This document shows positions 18,742 through 28,249 of a stretch of DNA of 64,000 nt, piece by piece. This DNA comes from an uncultured Alphaproteobacteria bacterium. GTDB lineage: Bacteria; Pseudomonadota; Alphaproteobacteria; Reyranellales; Reyranellaceae. The first letter of the stretch is position 1, and each line of letters opens with the position of its first letter. The translations under genes were made by a program, and so were the position numbers. The notes beneath the pieces were generated by a model. That model made no database searches. It had not been told where the DNA came from and saw nothing but the letters and a program-made list of their open reading frames with translations. The DNA lies in the NCBI GenBank assembly GCA_963765385.1, contig CAVXWG010000009.1, forward strand, positions 81,018 to 145,017. Reading direction: 5' to 3'.

Positions 18742-20067
18742 ATGGTTCACGACACGGACTCTTCGCCCACGGCGCGCCTGCTCGCGCTGTGGGATCATCT
18801 CGGCATTCATGTCGCGCATGTCGCCACGCAGATGTCCGGCGACATCGCAGGCCTCGCGGCCGGGTTTGCGTCGCGGCTCGGCGGAGTCGTCCTGTGCGTG
18901 CCCAGCCGGCTCGATCCGCCGCCCTTCGAGAGGGTGGCTGACCGGTTGCTGATGGTCAGCGGCGAACGTGGCCTGACGGCCGATGTGACCACGCGCGCCG
19001 CGACACGGCTGCGCGGCGCCACGAGGCTGGTGCTCGCGGGCTACGACGCGCCCGGCTGGGCCGACGTTGTGGCCGACCGCACCGACGAGATCGCCCGTGC
19101 GATGTCGGACTTCCTGGGCAGGCTCGAAGCGGATGCTCCCGCCAGCCCATCACGCGAAGGCACTCACGCCGGCATCTCCTACCGCCTCGTCGGTTCGGGC
19201 CCGGCGCTGGTCCTGCTGCCGTTCTTTCTTGCGCCGTCGCAATGGGCGCCGGCCGTGGCGCAGCTCGCGCGAACCTTCACCGTCGTCACGTTGGGCGGGC
19301 CGCATCTGGGCGGCGTTGCCGCCCTGGAAGATCGCGCCCGCGCGCCGACCTACCAGGCGATGTTCCGCACGCTGATCGACCTCATGGTCCCGGCGCCCGG
19401 CGAGGCGATCCTCGATGTGGGCTGCGGCGCCGGGTCGCTCGACCGCCTGCTGGCGCGACGGCTGGGATCCGCCAGCGCCATCACGGCGATCGACATGAAC
19501 CCGTTTCTGTTGAGCGAAGCCCGCTCCCTCGCCGAGGCCGATGGGGTCGACGGACGCATTCGTTTTCTGCCCGGCAATGCCGAGGCGTTGCCGTTCGCCG
19601 ATGAATCGTTCGACTGCATCTTTTCGATCACGGTGCTCGAGGAGTGCGACGCCGACCGCGCGCTGGCCGAAATGATGCGCGTGGCAAGGCCGGGGGGCCG
19701 GGTGGGCGTCATCGTGAGATCGATCGACTTGCCGCAATGGTGGAGCGTCGCCGCTGCCGGCACGCTCTTGGACAAGATGACGATGCCGCCACAGTCGGTC
19801 GGCGCGACGGGAGTGGCCGACGCCAGCCTTTATCGTCGCGCCCGCAGAGCGGGGCTCGTCGATCTGACCTGCTTTCCGTCCCTGGTGACCCTCGACCGGC
19901 CCGACGGGCCGATCTGGCGCTATCGCGAGGACCATCTGCTGGCGCAGTTGAGCGCCGAGGAAGCGGCGACCTGGCACGCCGCGCGCGTCGCGGCGCATGA
20001 CCAAGGCCTCCTTTTCATGGCTCATCCGATGCACTGCGTCGTCGGGCACAAGCCCTTGCGGCGCTGA
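18742..20067 (+). CDS. Class I SAM-dependent methyltransferase with an N-terminal alpha/beta-hydrolase-like region
   Basis: ILDVGCGAG, AIDMN, GNAEALPFADESFD, RVARPGGRV; upstream ISYRLVGSGPALVLL. Confidence 0.8.
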   Translation: MVHDTDSSPTARLLALWDHLGIHVAHVATQMSGDIAGLAAGFASRLGGVVLCVPSRLDPPPFERVADRLLMVSGERGLTADVTTRAATRLRGATRLVLAGYDAPGWADVVADRTDEIARAMSDFLGRLEADAPASPSREGTHAGISYRLVGSGPALVLLPFFLAPSQWAPAVAQLARTFTVVTLGGPHLGGVAALEDRARAPTYQAMFRTLIDLMVPAPGEAILDVGCGAGSLDRLLARRLGSASAITAIDMNPFLLSEARSLAEADGVDGRIRFLPGNAEALPFADESFDCIFSITVLEECDADRALAEMMRVARPGGRVGVIVRSIDLPQWWSVAAAGTLLDKMTMPPQSVGATGVADASLYRRARRAGLVDLTCFPSLVTLDRPDGPIWRYREDHLLAQLSAEEAATWHAARVAAHDQGLLFMAHPMHCVVGHKPLRR

Positions 20068-20114
20068 GCCAAAAATCTGATAAACGGGAGCGCCAAAGCG
20101 GCTGGAGGGACAGA

Positions 20115-20642
20115 ATGGCCTATACGCTAGAACAATTGAGTGACGACATCCGCAAGGCCCTGAAGTCGGACTCGGGGATCGGCGGCAAGCAGGCGGTGTG
20201 CGGCCTGGTCTCCAAGGTCCTGCTCGACAAGGACTTCGTCGCCAAGCACCTGACCGCCGACCAGTGCCGTCCGCGCAAGGTGCTGTTCGAGGATCCCGAG
20301 CTGGGCTTCTGCGTCTGCGGCCATGTCTACGAGACGGCGGCGCACGGTGGACCGCACGACCATGGCTCGAGCTGGGCGATCTACGGCGTGGCGGTGGGCG
20401 ACACCGAGATGACCGACTGGCGCATCGTCAAGAAGGGCGATGGCGAGAGCCCGACGCTGGTCGAAGCGGAAAAGACCTACGTCATGAAGCCGGGCGATGC
20501 GCACCTCTACGACGTCGGCGCCGTCCACTCGCCCAAGCGCGACGGCCTGACCAAGCTGGTGCGGATCGAAGGCGCCAATCTGGACCGCATCAAGCGCTCC
20601 AACATCAAGCAGGCGGCGTCGGCGAAGGTCGCGGCGGAGTAA
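20115..20642 (+). CDS. Cupin / cysteine-dioxygenase-like protein
   Basis: PHDHGSSWAIYG and GAVHSP (3-His cupin); GGAGG RBS. Confidence 0.8.
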   Translation: MAYTLEQLSDDIRKALKSDSGIGGKQAVCGLVSKVLLDKDFVAKHLTADQCRPRKVLFEDPELGFCVCGHVYETAAHGGPHDHGSSWAIYGVAVGDTEMTDWRIVKKGDGESPTLVEAEKTYVMKPGDAHLYDVGAVHSPKRDGLTKLVRIEGANLDRIKRSNIKQAASAKVAAE

Positions 20643-20665
20643 CGCCGGGCGCGCTTCAGCAAAAT

Positions 20666-20736
20666 TGTCATCCCGAGCGGAGCGAGGGACCTTTCGCGAC
20701 GCCGACCAAGGGTCCCTCGCTTCGCTCGGGATGACA
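20666..20736. repeat. REP-like hairpin, family C
   Basis: TGTCATCCCGAGCGGAGCGAGGGACC...GGTCCCTCGCTTCGCTCGGGATGACA. Confidence 0.88.
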
Positions 20737-20767
20737 CCGTTTTGTAGCGGACGACGTCGTCCCAGCC

Positions 20768-22111
20768 TCAGCGCGGCACCGTCATCGCCGCGAGGTTTGA
20801 TACGTCACCACTCTTGTCGAGCGCCCACACTGCATCGATCAGCGGCTTGATGTCATGGGCCGGCCGCCAGCTCCTGGCTTCGTCCAATAGCTTCTGCTCG
20901 ATTTCCGAATCCTTCAGCGGGTTCGCCGAGCTGCCGCGCGCAGCCTGGGTGGACACGTGGTGCTTCTTGCCGTCGCTGGTCCAGAAATCCATCTCGACGG
21001 CGATCGTGGAAATCGCGGGGTCGCTCGCCACCTCGATCCTGCGCCGCATCGCGCTGACCGCGGGGTCATTGACGCAGACGTCGGTAAACTGATCGAGCCC
21101 GGCCTTGCCCAGCACCAGCGCCGCGGCAACCGCGTGCTGCAGGCTCACTTGCGATTCGCGGCCTGTCGCGACTTCGGGCCGGTCGGTGCGCTGCAGCAGC
21201 AGCGGATTGCCGCGCACCGCGACCTTGTCGACCACGGTGCCCGGATACTGGCGCCGCCAATCGAGCGCGCAATCGAGCAGGGGATGGATCACGAATCCCG
21301 CGGGATAGGGTTTTAGGGAGTTGTCGTTCACCTCCCACGTCTTGCCCAGGCCTTCGGTCAACGCCGCCCAGTTCGGCGGCTCGCCCATGGCGGCCAGAAA
21401 GCCCTGTGCGCCGGCGATCGGCTCCGGCGGCCCGGAAAATCCCCGTTCCGCCAGAAGCGCCGAGAACAGGCCGTTGCGCGCGGCGTTGCCGACGCTGACG
21501 CTCTTGGCCGGCCATCCCAGGCATTCGCAGAGGCCGGCCGACTGCGTGGCTGCGCTGCCCAGGGCCCACACGATCTGGTCCTCTTTCAGCCCCAGCAGTT
21601 TGGCCGCGCCCGCCGCCGCGCCGAAGACGCCGCAGGTCGAGGTGATGTGCCAGCCCTTGGGATAGTGCCCCGGTGATACTGCACCGCCGACCCGGCATTC
21701 GATCTCGAAGCCGAGCACGAAGGCCAGCAACAGTTCCGGTCCGGTCACGCGCCTGAGCTCAGCGAGCGACAGCAAGGCCGGCGCGAGCGGCGCCGTCGGA
21801 TGGACGACAGTCGGCAGGTGCGTGTCGCAATAGTCGAAGACGTTGGCGCCGGCAGCGTTCAGGAAGGCCGCACCCAGGGCGTCGATCCGCTCGGTCCGGC
21901 CGAGGATCGTCGCCTGCTTGCCGCCGGAGAACTCGGCCATCGTCTTGAGGGCAAGCTCGACCGGTTCGGTGCGGCAGCCGGCGATCGCCACGGCGAAGAA
22001 ATTCAGCAGCGCCCGCTTGGCTTCGTGGCGAGCGCGCTCGGGGATGTCCTCCCATTTCGTCTCGCCGACGAAGCGGGCGAGGGTTTGCGTGACGCCTTGT
22101 CTGGGAAGCAT
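20768..22111 (-). CDS. MmgE/PrpD family protein
   Basis: AAFLNA, DYCDTH, HPTAP, GWHITSTCG, KPYPAGFVIHP, RGSSANP. Confidence 0.92.
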   Translation of the reverse strand: MLPRQGVTQTLARFVGETKWEDIPERARHEAKRALLNFFAVAIAGCRTEPVELALKTMAEFSGGKQATILGRTERIDALGAAFLNAAGANVFDYCDTHLPTVVHPTAPLAPALLSLAELRRVTGPELLLAFVLGFEIECRVGGAVSPGHYPKGWHITSTCGVFGAAAGAAKLLGLKEDQIVWALGSAATQSAGLCECLGWPAKSVSVGNAARNGLFSALLAERGFSGPPEPIAGAQGFLAAMGEPPNWAALTEGLGKTWEVNDNSLKPYPAGFVIHPLLDCALDWRRQYPGTVVDKVAVRGNPLLLQRTDRPEVATGRESQVSLQHAVAAALVLGKAGLDQFTDVCVNDPAVSAMRRRIEVASDPAISTIAVEMDFWTSDGKKHHVSTQAARGSSANPLKDSEIEQKLLDEARSWRPAHDIKPLIDAVWALDKSGDVSNLAAMTVPR

Positions 22112-22146
22112 GGGATTCTTTCAGGAGCTTGGTGTTGCAGCCGGTA

Positions 22147-22217
22147 CTGTCATCCCGAGCATAGCGAGGGACCTTTCCTGTCCGCCTAAAGGTCCCTCGC
22201 TGCGCTCGGGATGACAG
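22147..22217. repeat. REP-like hairpin, family C
   Basis: CTGTCATCCCGAGCATAGCGAGGGACCTTT...AAAGGTCCCTCGCTGCGCTCGGGATGACAG. Confidence 0.88.
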
Positions 22218-22241
22218 CGGGTGTTTGGGCTACGCCGTGCG

Positions 22242-23939
22242 TCAGCCCAGCAGATCCTTCTCGTGGAATTCGACACCGCGCGCTACATCGGCCGCCGAGC
22301 CTTCATATTCGACCCGGCGCAGCTGCGCCCGCCGGATCTTGCCGGAGATCGTCTTGGGCAGCTCCGTGACGAACTCCAGGCGGCGGATGCGCTTGAACGG
22401 CGCCAGCCGGGTGTTGGTGTATTTCAGGATCGACTGCGCGGTCTCGCGGCTGGGCGACACCGAGGCGATCAGCAGGATATAGGCCTTGGGCACGCTGAGG
22501 CGGATCTCGTCGGGCGAGGGCACGATCGCTGCCTCGGCGACGCACTCGTGCTCGATCAGCACGCTTTCGAGCTCGAACGGGCTGATGCGGTAGTCCGATG
22601 ACTTGAACACGTCATCGGCGCGTCCGACGAAAGTGAGGTAGCCGTCCTCGTCGAGGCTGGCGACGTCGCCGGTGCGGTAGACCTGGTCGTTGGCGCCGGA
22701 GAGCGTGCCCGCGGCGTCGGCATAGCCCTGCATCAGGCCGGCCGGACGCTCGCCGTTCAGGTCGAGGCAGATCTCGCCCTCGCTGCGCGGCATGCCGTCG
22801 GCGTCGAGGATCAGCACGCGGTAGCCCGGCAGCGGGCGGCCCATGGCGCCCGGCTTCACCGTCTGGCCCGGCGAGTTGGCAACGATGGCGGTGGTCTCGG
22901 TCTGGCCATAGCCGTCGCGGATGGTGAGGCCCCAAGCCTCGTGGACCTTGTTGATGACTTCGGGATTGAGCGGCTCGCCTGCGCCGCAGACCTCGCGCAG
23001 GGCGAGCTGGTAGGCGCCAAGATCCTCCTGGATCAGCAGGCGCCACACGGTGGGCGGCGCGCAGAAGGTCGTGACGGCGCAGCGTTCGAGCACGCCCAGC
23101 AGCGCCTTGGCGTTGAACGGCGCCTGGTTGACCATCAGGACCGTGGCGCCGGCGTTCCACGGCGCGAAGAAGGTGCTCCACGCGTGCTTGGCCCAGCCAG
23201 GGGAGGAGATGTTGACGTGCACGTCGCCGGGTTTCAGTCCCAGCCAGTACATGGTCGACAGCGCGCCCACGGGATAGCTGCGATGGCTGTGCCGCACGAG
23301 CTTGGGCTTGGCGGTCGTGCCGGAGGTGAAATAGAGCAGGAGGGGATCGTCGGCGTTGGTCGGACCGTCCGGCTTGAAATCAGCCGAGCAGTTGTAGGCA
23401 TCGCCGAGCGGCTCCCAGCCGTCGATCTTCGCGGCGCTGGTCGTCACGAACACCACGCCATCGCGCGACAGGCCGGCGCATTTCGCGACCTGGTCCTGGT
23501 CGGCCACGATCATGCGGGCGCGGCCGCGCTCGACGCGATCGGCCAGTTCCTCGCCGGTGAGCAGCGTCGTCGCCGGGATCACCACGACGCCCAGCTTCAT
23601 GGCGGCCAACATGATCTCCCACAGCGGCGCCACGTTGTTGAGGACAAGCAGCAGATGGTCGCCGCGCCTCAGGCCCTGCTGGCGCAGATAGTTGGCGACC
23701 TGGTTCGAGCGCGTCTTCAGCTGGGCGAAGGTGAGCCTGGTCTCCTGGCCCGTCGCCACATCGACGATCCAGAGCGCACAGCGGTCCTTGCTGTCGGCGG
23801 CGTGCGCCAGCTCGGCATCGAACCAGTCGAGCGCCCAGTTGAACGGGACGGGCTCCGGCCATTGGAAGCCGGCCACGGCGTTGTCGTAGTGGGCCCGATT
23901 GGCCAGCAGGAACTCGCGTGACTGTCGAAACGTCGGCAT
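22242..23939 (-). CDS. AMP-binding acyl-CoA synthetase (medium-chain/acetyl-CoA ligase-like)
   Basis: YFTSGTTAKPK, GAGEPLNPE, DGYGQTET, YRTGD, LPKTISGKIRR. Confidence 0.93.
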   Translation of the reverse strand: MPTFRQSREFLLANRAHYDNAVAGFQWPEPVPFNWALDWFDAELAHAADSKDRCALWIVDVATGQETRLTFAQLKTRSNQVANYLRQQGLRRGDHLLLVLNNVAPLWEIMLAAMKLGVVVIPATTLLTGEELADRVERGRARMIVADQDQVAKCAGLSRDGVVFVTTSAAKIDGWEPLGDAYNCSADFKPDGPTNADDPLLLYFTSGTTAKPKLVRHSHRSYPVGALSTMYWLGLKPGDVHVNISSPGWAKHAWSTFFAPWNAGATVLMVNQAPFNAKALLGVLERCAVTTFCAPPTVWRLLIQEDLGAYQLALREVCGAGEPLNPEVINKVHEAWGLTIRDGYGQTETTAIVANSPGQTVKPGAMGRPLPGYRVLILDADGMPRSEGEICLDLNGERPAGLMQGYADAAGTLSGANDQVYRTGDVASLDEDGYLTFVGRADDVFKSSDYRISPFELESVLIEHECVAEAAIVPSPDEIRLSVPKAYILLIASVSPSRETAQSILKYTNTRLAPFKRIRRLEFVTELPKTISGKIRRAQLRRVEYEGSAADVARGVEFHEKDLLG

Positions 23940-23988
23940 GAGCGTTCGCCCCTGAAGTTTGGTGGATCGTGGCTCCACGTGCGGCTTT

Positions 23989-24477
23989 CTACTCGTGTAC
24001 CGGCGATCCTTCGAGCGACAAAGCGGCGTCCGTCGCCAGGCGGACCGGCTCGTCCAGCCGGAGGCAGCCGGCATGGAGACCGTCGCCCGGCATCTTTTCG
24101 ACCGGCGCAATGAACAGCGCCGTCATTTTCTGGTCGCCCGCGACCAGGCGGGCCTCGCTCAGCCAGCGCGTGGCGCGGATCGAGGTGCCGCCGTTGTCGA
24201 GGCGCAGCCAGCCGCAGAGGATCGTCTTCTCGCCGGAATTGTCGATCCGGACATAGGCCGTATCGTTGCCCTTGAAGGAGCCGGCGGCGCTGTTAATGCG
24301 CCATTCGAAGGGCACTGGTCGATAGAGCTTGGCATCCTCCGTCGAGACCTCGACGGCGCCGATATAGTCGCTGCGCGCTAGGCTCGGGTCGCGCAGCCAA
24401 CCCATGTACGAGCCGAGCGCCACCGCCAGCACGCCGGCGCCCAGCAGCAGGATCGCCCAGCGCGGAATCCTGATCAT
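23989..24477 (-). CDS. Hypothetical protein with an N-terminal membrane anchor
   Basis: WAILLLGAGVLAVALG hydrophobic segment; typical codon usage. Confidence 0.7.
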   Translation of the reverse strand: MIRIPRWAILLLGAGVLAVALGSYMGWLRDPSLARSDYIGAVEVSTEDAKLYRPVPFEWRINSAAGSFKGNDTAYVRIDNSGEKTILCGWLRLDNGGTSIRATRWLSEARLVAGDQKMTALFIAPVEKMPGDGLHAGCLRLDEPVRLATDAALSLEGSPVHE

Positions 24478-24490
24478 ACTTTGCACATAA

Positions 24491-24607
24491 CATCACCCTG
24501 AGGAGGCCCCCGTTTCAATTGATGAGGGGGCCGTCAGGGAGGGAGCGAGCACAGTGCCTGCAGCCCATGCTTCGAGACGCTCGCTGCGCTCGCTCCTCAG
24601 CATGAGG
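24491..24607. repeat. REPIN-like element, family B (degenerate)
   Basis: TCACCCTGAGGAG ... CTTCGAGACG..CGCTCCTCAGCATGAGG. Confidence 0.75.
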
Positions 24608-24641
24608 TTGTCTCTGGGTCGGCATTCTATGAAAGCGCGTG

Positions 24642-25406
24642 CTACGCCAGAATCGTCGTGAGCCCGCCATCGACGACCAGCGTATGCCCCGTCATGTAGG
24701 CGCCGGCGTCGGAGGCCAGCAGCAGCAGCGGGCCGCGCAGATCCTCCGGCTTGCCCCAGCGGTGGGCGGCGGTGCGCTGCTCCAGCATGGCGTTGAATTC
24801 CTTGTTCTCCTGCAGCGCGATATTGAGCTTGGTGCGGATGTAGCCCGGCGCGATGGCGTTGGCCGTGACGTGCGGGCCGTACTCGGCGGCGAGGTTCTTG
24901 GTGAGGCCGACCAGACCGTGCTTGGCGGCGACATAGCCCGCCACCGAGGCGCGGCCCAGGATCGCCATTACCGAAGAGATATTGACGATGCGGCCGTACT
25001 GGCGCGCCAGCATGTGGCGGCCGACCTCGCGCGCCAGCACGAACTGGCCGATCAGGTCCGTCTCGACAGCTTTGCGGAAGAGCTCGGTCGGCGTGTCGAC
25101 GATCGCCTCGCGGTAGATGATGCCGGCATTGTTGACCAGGACGTCGATGCGGCGATGCCGGCGGATGATGGCTTCGACCTGTTCGCGCACGGCCGCCTCG
25201 TCGGTGATGTCGAGCGGCACGACCTGCGCCTTGCCGCCCTTGCGGGCAATGGCCCGTGCCGTGCCTTCGAGTTCCTTCACCGTCCGGCCGGCACAGAGCA
25301 CCGTGGCTCCGGCCGCCGCCAGGGTCGTAGCCATGTCCCGCCCCAGCCCGCGCGACGCGCCGGTCAGCAGCACCACGCGGTTCTTCATCGAAAACAGATC
25401 GGCCAT
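24642..25406 (-). CDS. SDR family (gluconate 5-dehydrogenase-like) oxidoreductase
   Basis: TGASRGLG, NNAG, YVAAK, NAIAPGY. Confidence 0.92.
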   Translation of the reverse strand: MADLFSMKNRVVLLTGASRGLGRDMATTLAAAGATVLCAGRTVKELEGTARAIARKGGKAQVVPLDITDEAAVREQVEAIIRRHRRIDVLVNNAGIIYREAIVDTPTELFRKAVETDLIGQFVLAREVGRHMLARQYGRIVNISSVMAILGRASVAGYVAAKHGLVGLTKNLAAEYGPHVTANAIAPGYIRTKLNIALQENKEFNAMLEQRTAAHRWGKPEDLRGPLLLLASDAGAYMTGHTLVVDGGLTTILA

Positions 25407-25490
25407 ACGCTGCTTTTCTTCCCCCCGGTTTTGCCTTGGGGGCCGATCCTAGCCTATGAAAGGCACCACGAGGTATCGGGGAGAAACGAC

Positions 25491-26291
25491 ATGGCGACAG
25501 CGGGCAAAGTGGCGATCGTGACGGGCTCGGCGACAGGGCTGGGCGCTGAGTGCGCGGTCGACCTGGCGGGACGAGGGTGGAACGTCGTCATCAACTACAC
25601 CAGGAGCAAGAAGGAAGCCGACGAGACCTTTGCCGCTGTGAAGGCCAAGGGCGCCGAGGCCATCCTGGTGCAGGCCGATGTCGGCCAGGATGCCGACTGC
25701 AGGAAGCTCATCGACGAGACGATGAAGAAGTGGGGCCGCATCGACGGCCTCATAAACAACGCCGGCACCACCAAGTTCCAGAACCAGGGCGACCTCGATG
25801 GCGTGACGCCGGAGGATTTCGACAAGATCCTGCGGGTCAACGTCACCGGTCCCTACATGATGAGTCGCGCCGCCTATCCGGCCATGAAGAAGCAGTGGGA
25901 GGAAAATCAGGAGCGCGGCTCGATCGTGAACATTTCCTCGATCGCCGGCGTCATGGGCGTCGGCAGCTCGATCCCCTATGCCTGCTCCAAGGGCGCGCTC
26001 AACACGCTGACGCTCACCCTGGCGCGCTGGTTCTCGCCGGCCGTGCGGGTCAACACGGTATGCCCGGGCTTCATCCAGACGCGTTGGCTGCTGGGCGGCA
26101 TGGGCGAGGCCAACTACAACAAGATGAAGGAGATGCAGGAGCAGACCACGCCGCTGCGCCAGGCCGGCACGACGGCGCAGATGGCCGAGGCGGTGCTGTT
26201 CTTCCTGACCAGCGCTTCCAACATCACCGGTGAGTTTTTAATCGTCGATGCCGGCATGCACCTTGCCAGCCTGCCGATGAAGGCGCGCTAG
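25491..26291 (+). CDS. SDR family oxidoreductase
   Basis: TGSATGLG, NNAG, YACSK; GGGGAG RBS before ATG 25491. Confidence 0.92.
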   Translation: MATAGKVAIVTGSATGLGAECAVDLAGRGWNVVINYTRSKKEADETFAAVKAKGAEAILVQADVGQDADCRKLIDETMKKWGRIDGLINNAGTTKFQNQGDLDGVTPEDFDKILRVNVTGPYMMSRAAYPAMKKQWEENQERGSIVNISSIAGVMGVGSSIPYACSKGALNTLTLTLARWFSPAVRVNTVCPGFIQTRWLLGGMGEANYNKMKEMQEQTTPLRQAGTTAQMAEAVLFFLTSASNITGEFLIVDAGMHLASLPMKAR

Positions 26292-26298
26292 TCTTCCG

Positions 26299-26357
26299 GG
26301 AGCGCGGACCTCCAGGCCCGCATCGGAATCATGAGCGGGCCTGGAGGCCCGCGCTCC
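26299..26357. repeat. REP-like hairpin, family D
   Basis: GGAGCGCGGACCTCCAGGCCCGC...GCGGGCCTGGAGGCCCGCGCTCC. Confidence 0.85.
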
Positions 26358-26380
26358 GGCAAGACGCGGTCGGCATTCGC

Positions 26381-26971
26381 TCAGCCGATGATCTCGTAAT
26401 GAGCCTCGGTCGTAGTCCCGGTCTGGCCGTTGATCGGCAGGATGTCCTGCGGGCAGGCCGACATGGCGACGATGCAATCGAGCTCCGCCCGCAGGGTGAC
26501 GAAATCGCCGGGCTTGGTGGTGGGCGGATCGAAGGAGAGCGCGCCCTTGGGGGTCCACGGAATGTTCATGAACAGGTTGAGCGGGCTCGGGCATTCCGGC
26601 GGTGTCAGCCCCAGCCCCTGCAGCGCGGCGAACAGGTTGTCGGTGCAGTTGTCGTGGTACTCCTTCACGCCCAGCAGGATGTAGCGCTCGCTGTCGCAGG
26701 CGGCCATCAGCGTGTCGTGGTCGCCGCGGCTGCTGTCCTCGGTCATGGTGAGGATCTTGCGGCGGCGGTTGGTGTAGAGCCCGTCGCCGACCCGCGGCAC
26801 GAGCTTGGTCAGCGTGGCGCGGGTGTGCTCCATCGACATGAATTCGGTGAGCATGCCGGCGGTGAAGGCCCAGGTATCCACCACCTGCGCGCCATGCGTG
26901 TTGACGATGCGGATCGACTGACCGCGCTTTAGATAGGTGGCCTTGCCGCGTCGGGCGGGAATGGTTTCCAT
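26381..26971 (-). CDS. DUF1989 / urea carboxylase-associated family protein
   Basis: GAQVVDTWAF, HDTLMAACD, HDNCTDNL, PLNLFMN, SACPQD. Confidence 0.9.
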   Translation of the reverse strand: METIPARRGKATYLKRGQSIRIVNTHGAQVVDTWAFTAGMLTEFMSMEHTRATLTKLVPRVGDGLYTNRRRKILTMTEDSSRGDHDTLMAACDSERYILLGVKEYHDNCTDNLFAALQGLGLTPPECPSPLNLFMNIPWTPKGALSFDPPTTKPGDFVTLRAELDCIVAMSACPQDILPINGQTGTTTEAHYEIIG

Positions 26972-27157
26972 GGTCGCTGTCCTCAAGGCGTGCTGGCTGC
27001 TTGTTGATGGTGGCCTTGCAGCCTACGCTTGGTTCGTCGTGAAGATCGGCGGAAGATCGCGCGCCCCGATCTGCATGGCAATCTCATCGTTCCCGATGGT
27101 GCGCAAGATCCTGAAGTCGTCGCCAGGCAATCGCGCGACGTTCGGGCCGCCGTCGCG

Positions 27158-27818
27158 CTAATCTGCCGCCAAGTCGCCTGCAGCATGGGCCCGCGCGAAG
27201 GCGTCGGCGGCGTTCTTCACGTGGCGCGCGGCGAGCAGCGCCGCGATCTCCTCGTCGCCCTCGATCACGGCGGCTAGGATGGCGGCATGTTCCTTCCAGT
27301 CCTCGCGCGCCCGCGCCGGGCCGTTGATCGAGAAGGCAAGGCCGGTGCGCTCGCGCAAGGAGCGCATGATGTCGGACAGCACCGAATTGCGGCTGGCCTC
27401 CGCCAGGCGCTCGTGAAATTCGGCGTTGAGCTCCGCCAGCTCGTCGGCCGTGCCCGACTGCGCCGCCGCGTTGCCGCGGCGCAGCGTGTCCTGCAGGAGG
27501 GCGACGATCTCGGGATCGTGGCGGCGCGCGGCCAGCCGGGCGTTCAGCGCTTCGAGGAGCGTGCGTACCTCGACGAGCTCGGCCAGCAGCGCGGAGCGTC
27601 ACTTCGGTGACGCTGGCGCCGCGATTGGGCTCCAGCCGCACCAGTCCTTCCATCGACAGGCCGCGCAGCGCCTCGCGCACCGGCACGCGCGAGACGCCGA
27701 GCTCGGCCGAGAGCCTGTCCTCGACCAGCCGCTCGCCGGGCTTCAGCCTGCCCGCCAGGATCTGGCCGCGGATCTTCTCGCTCACGACCTTGCTGAGGGA
27801 GGCGCGATCGGTCGCCAT
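27158..27818 (-). CDS. GntR (FadR/FCD) family transcriptional regulator, frameshifted near 27597
   Basis: LKPGERLVEDRLSAELGVSRVPVREAL HTH; FCD motifs LNAEFHERL, ASRN, EHAAILAAV in a shifted frame. Confidence 0.9.
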
Positions 27819-27820
27819 GG

Positions 27821-28246
27821 CTATTTCTTCAGGGTGGCCATGAAGGCAGCGATCCCGGCCTCGCAGCAGGCGATGTCCTGCTCGCCGTTGCCGCCCGAGG
27901 CCGCGACCGAGCCGACGCATTGGCCGTCGACGAAGATCGGGAAGCCACCCACGAACACGGTGAAGCGGCCCTCGTGCTGGGTGAAGATGCCGAAGGCTTC
28001 CTCGCCTGGCAGGGCGTTCTTGTAGTTGTGCGTGGGCTTGCGATGGCCGGCCGCGGTGAACGCCTTGTTCATGGCGATCTGCACGCTGGTGACCTTGCCG
28101 CCGTCGAGCCGCCGGAGCGCGATCGGGTAGCCGGCATTGTCGGCGACGCAGAGGACCTCGGGAATGCCGAGCTCCTCCGCCTTCTTTTGCGCTGCGTCGA
28201 GGATGGCGTGCGCCTCGCCGAGCGTCAGGGTCTTGTAGGTGTGCAC
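27821..28246 (-). CDS. GlcG/HbpS family (putative heme-binding) protein
   Basis: VADNAG, IAMNKAFTA, GGFPIFVDGQCVGSVAASGG...QD. Confidence 0.9.
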   Translation of the reverse strand: MHTYKTLTLGEAHAILDAAQKKAEELGIPEVLCVADNAGYPIALRRLDGGKVTSVQIAMNKAFTAAGHRKPTHNYKNALPGEEAFGIFTQHEGRFTVFVGGFPIFVDGQCVGSVAASGGNGEQDIACCEAGIAAFMATLKK

Positions 28247-28249
28247 GTC

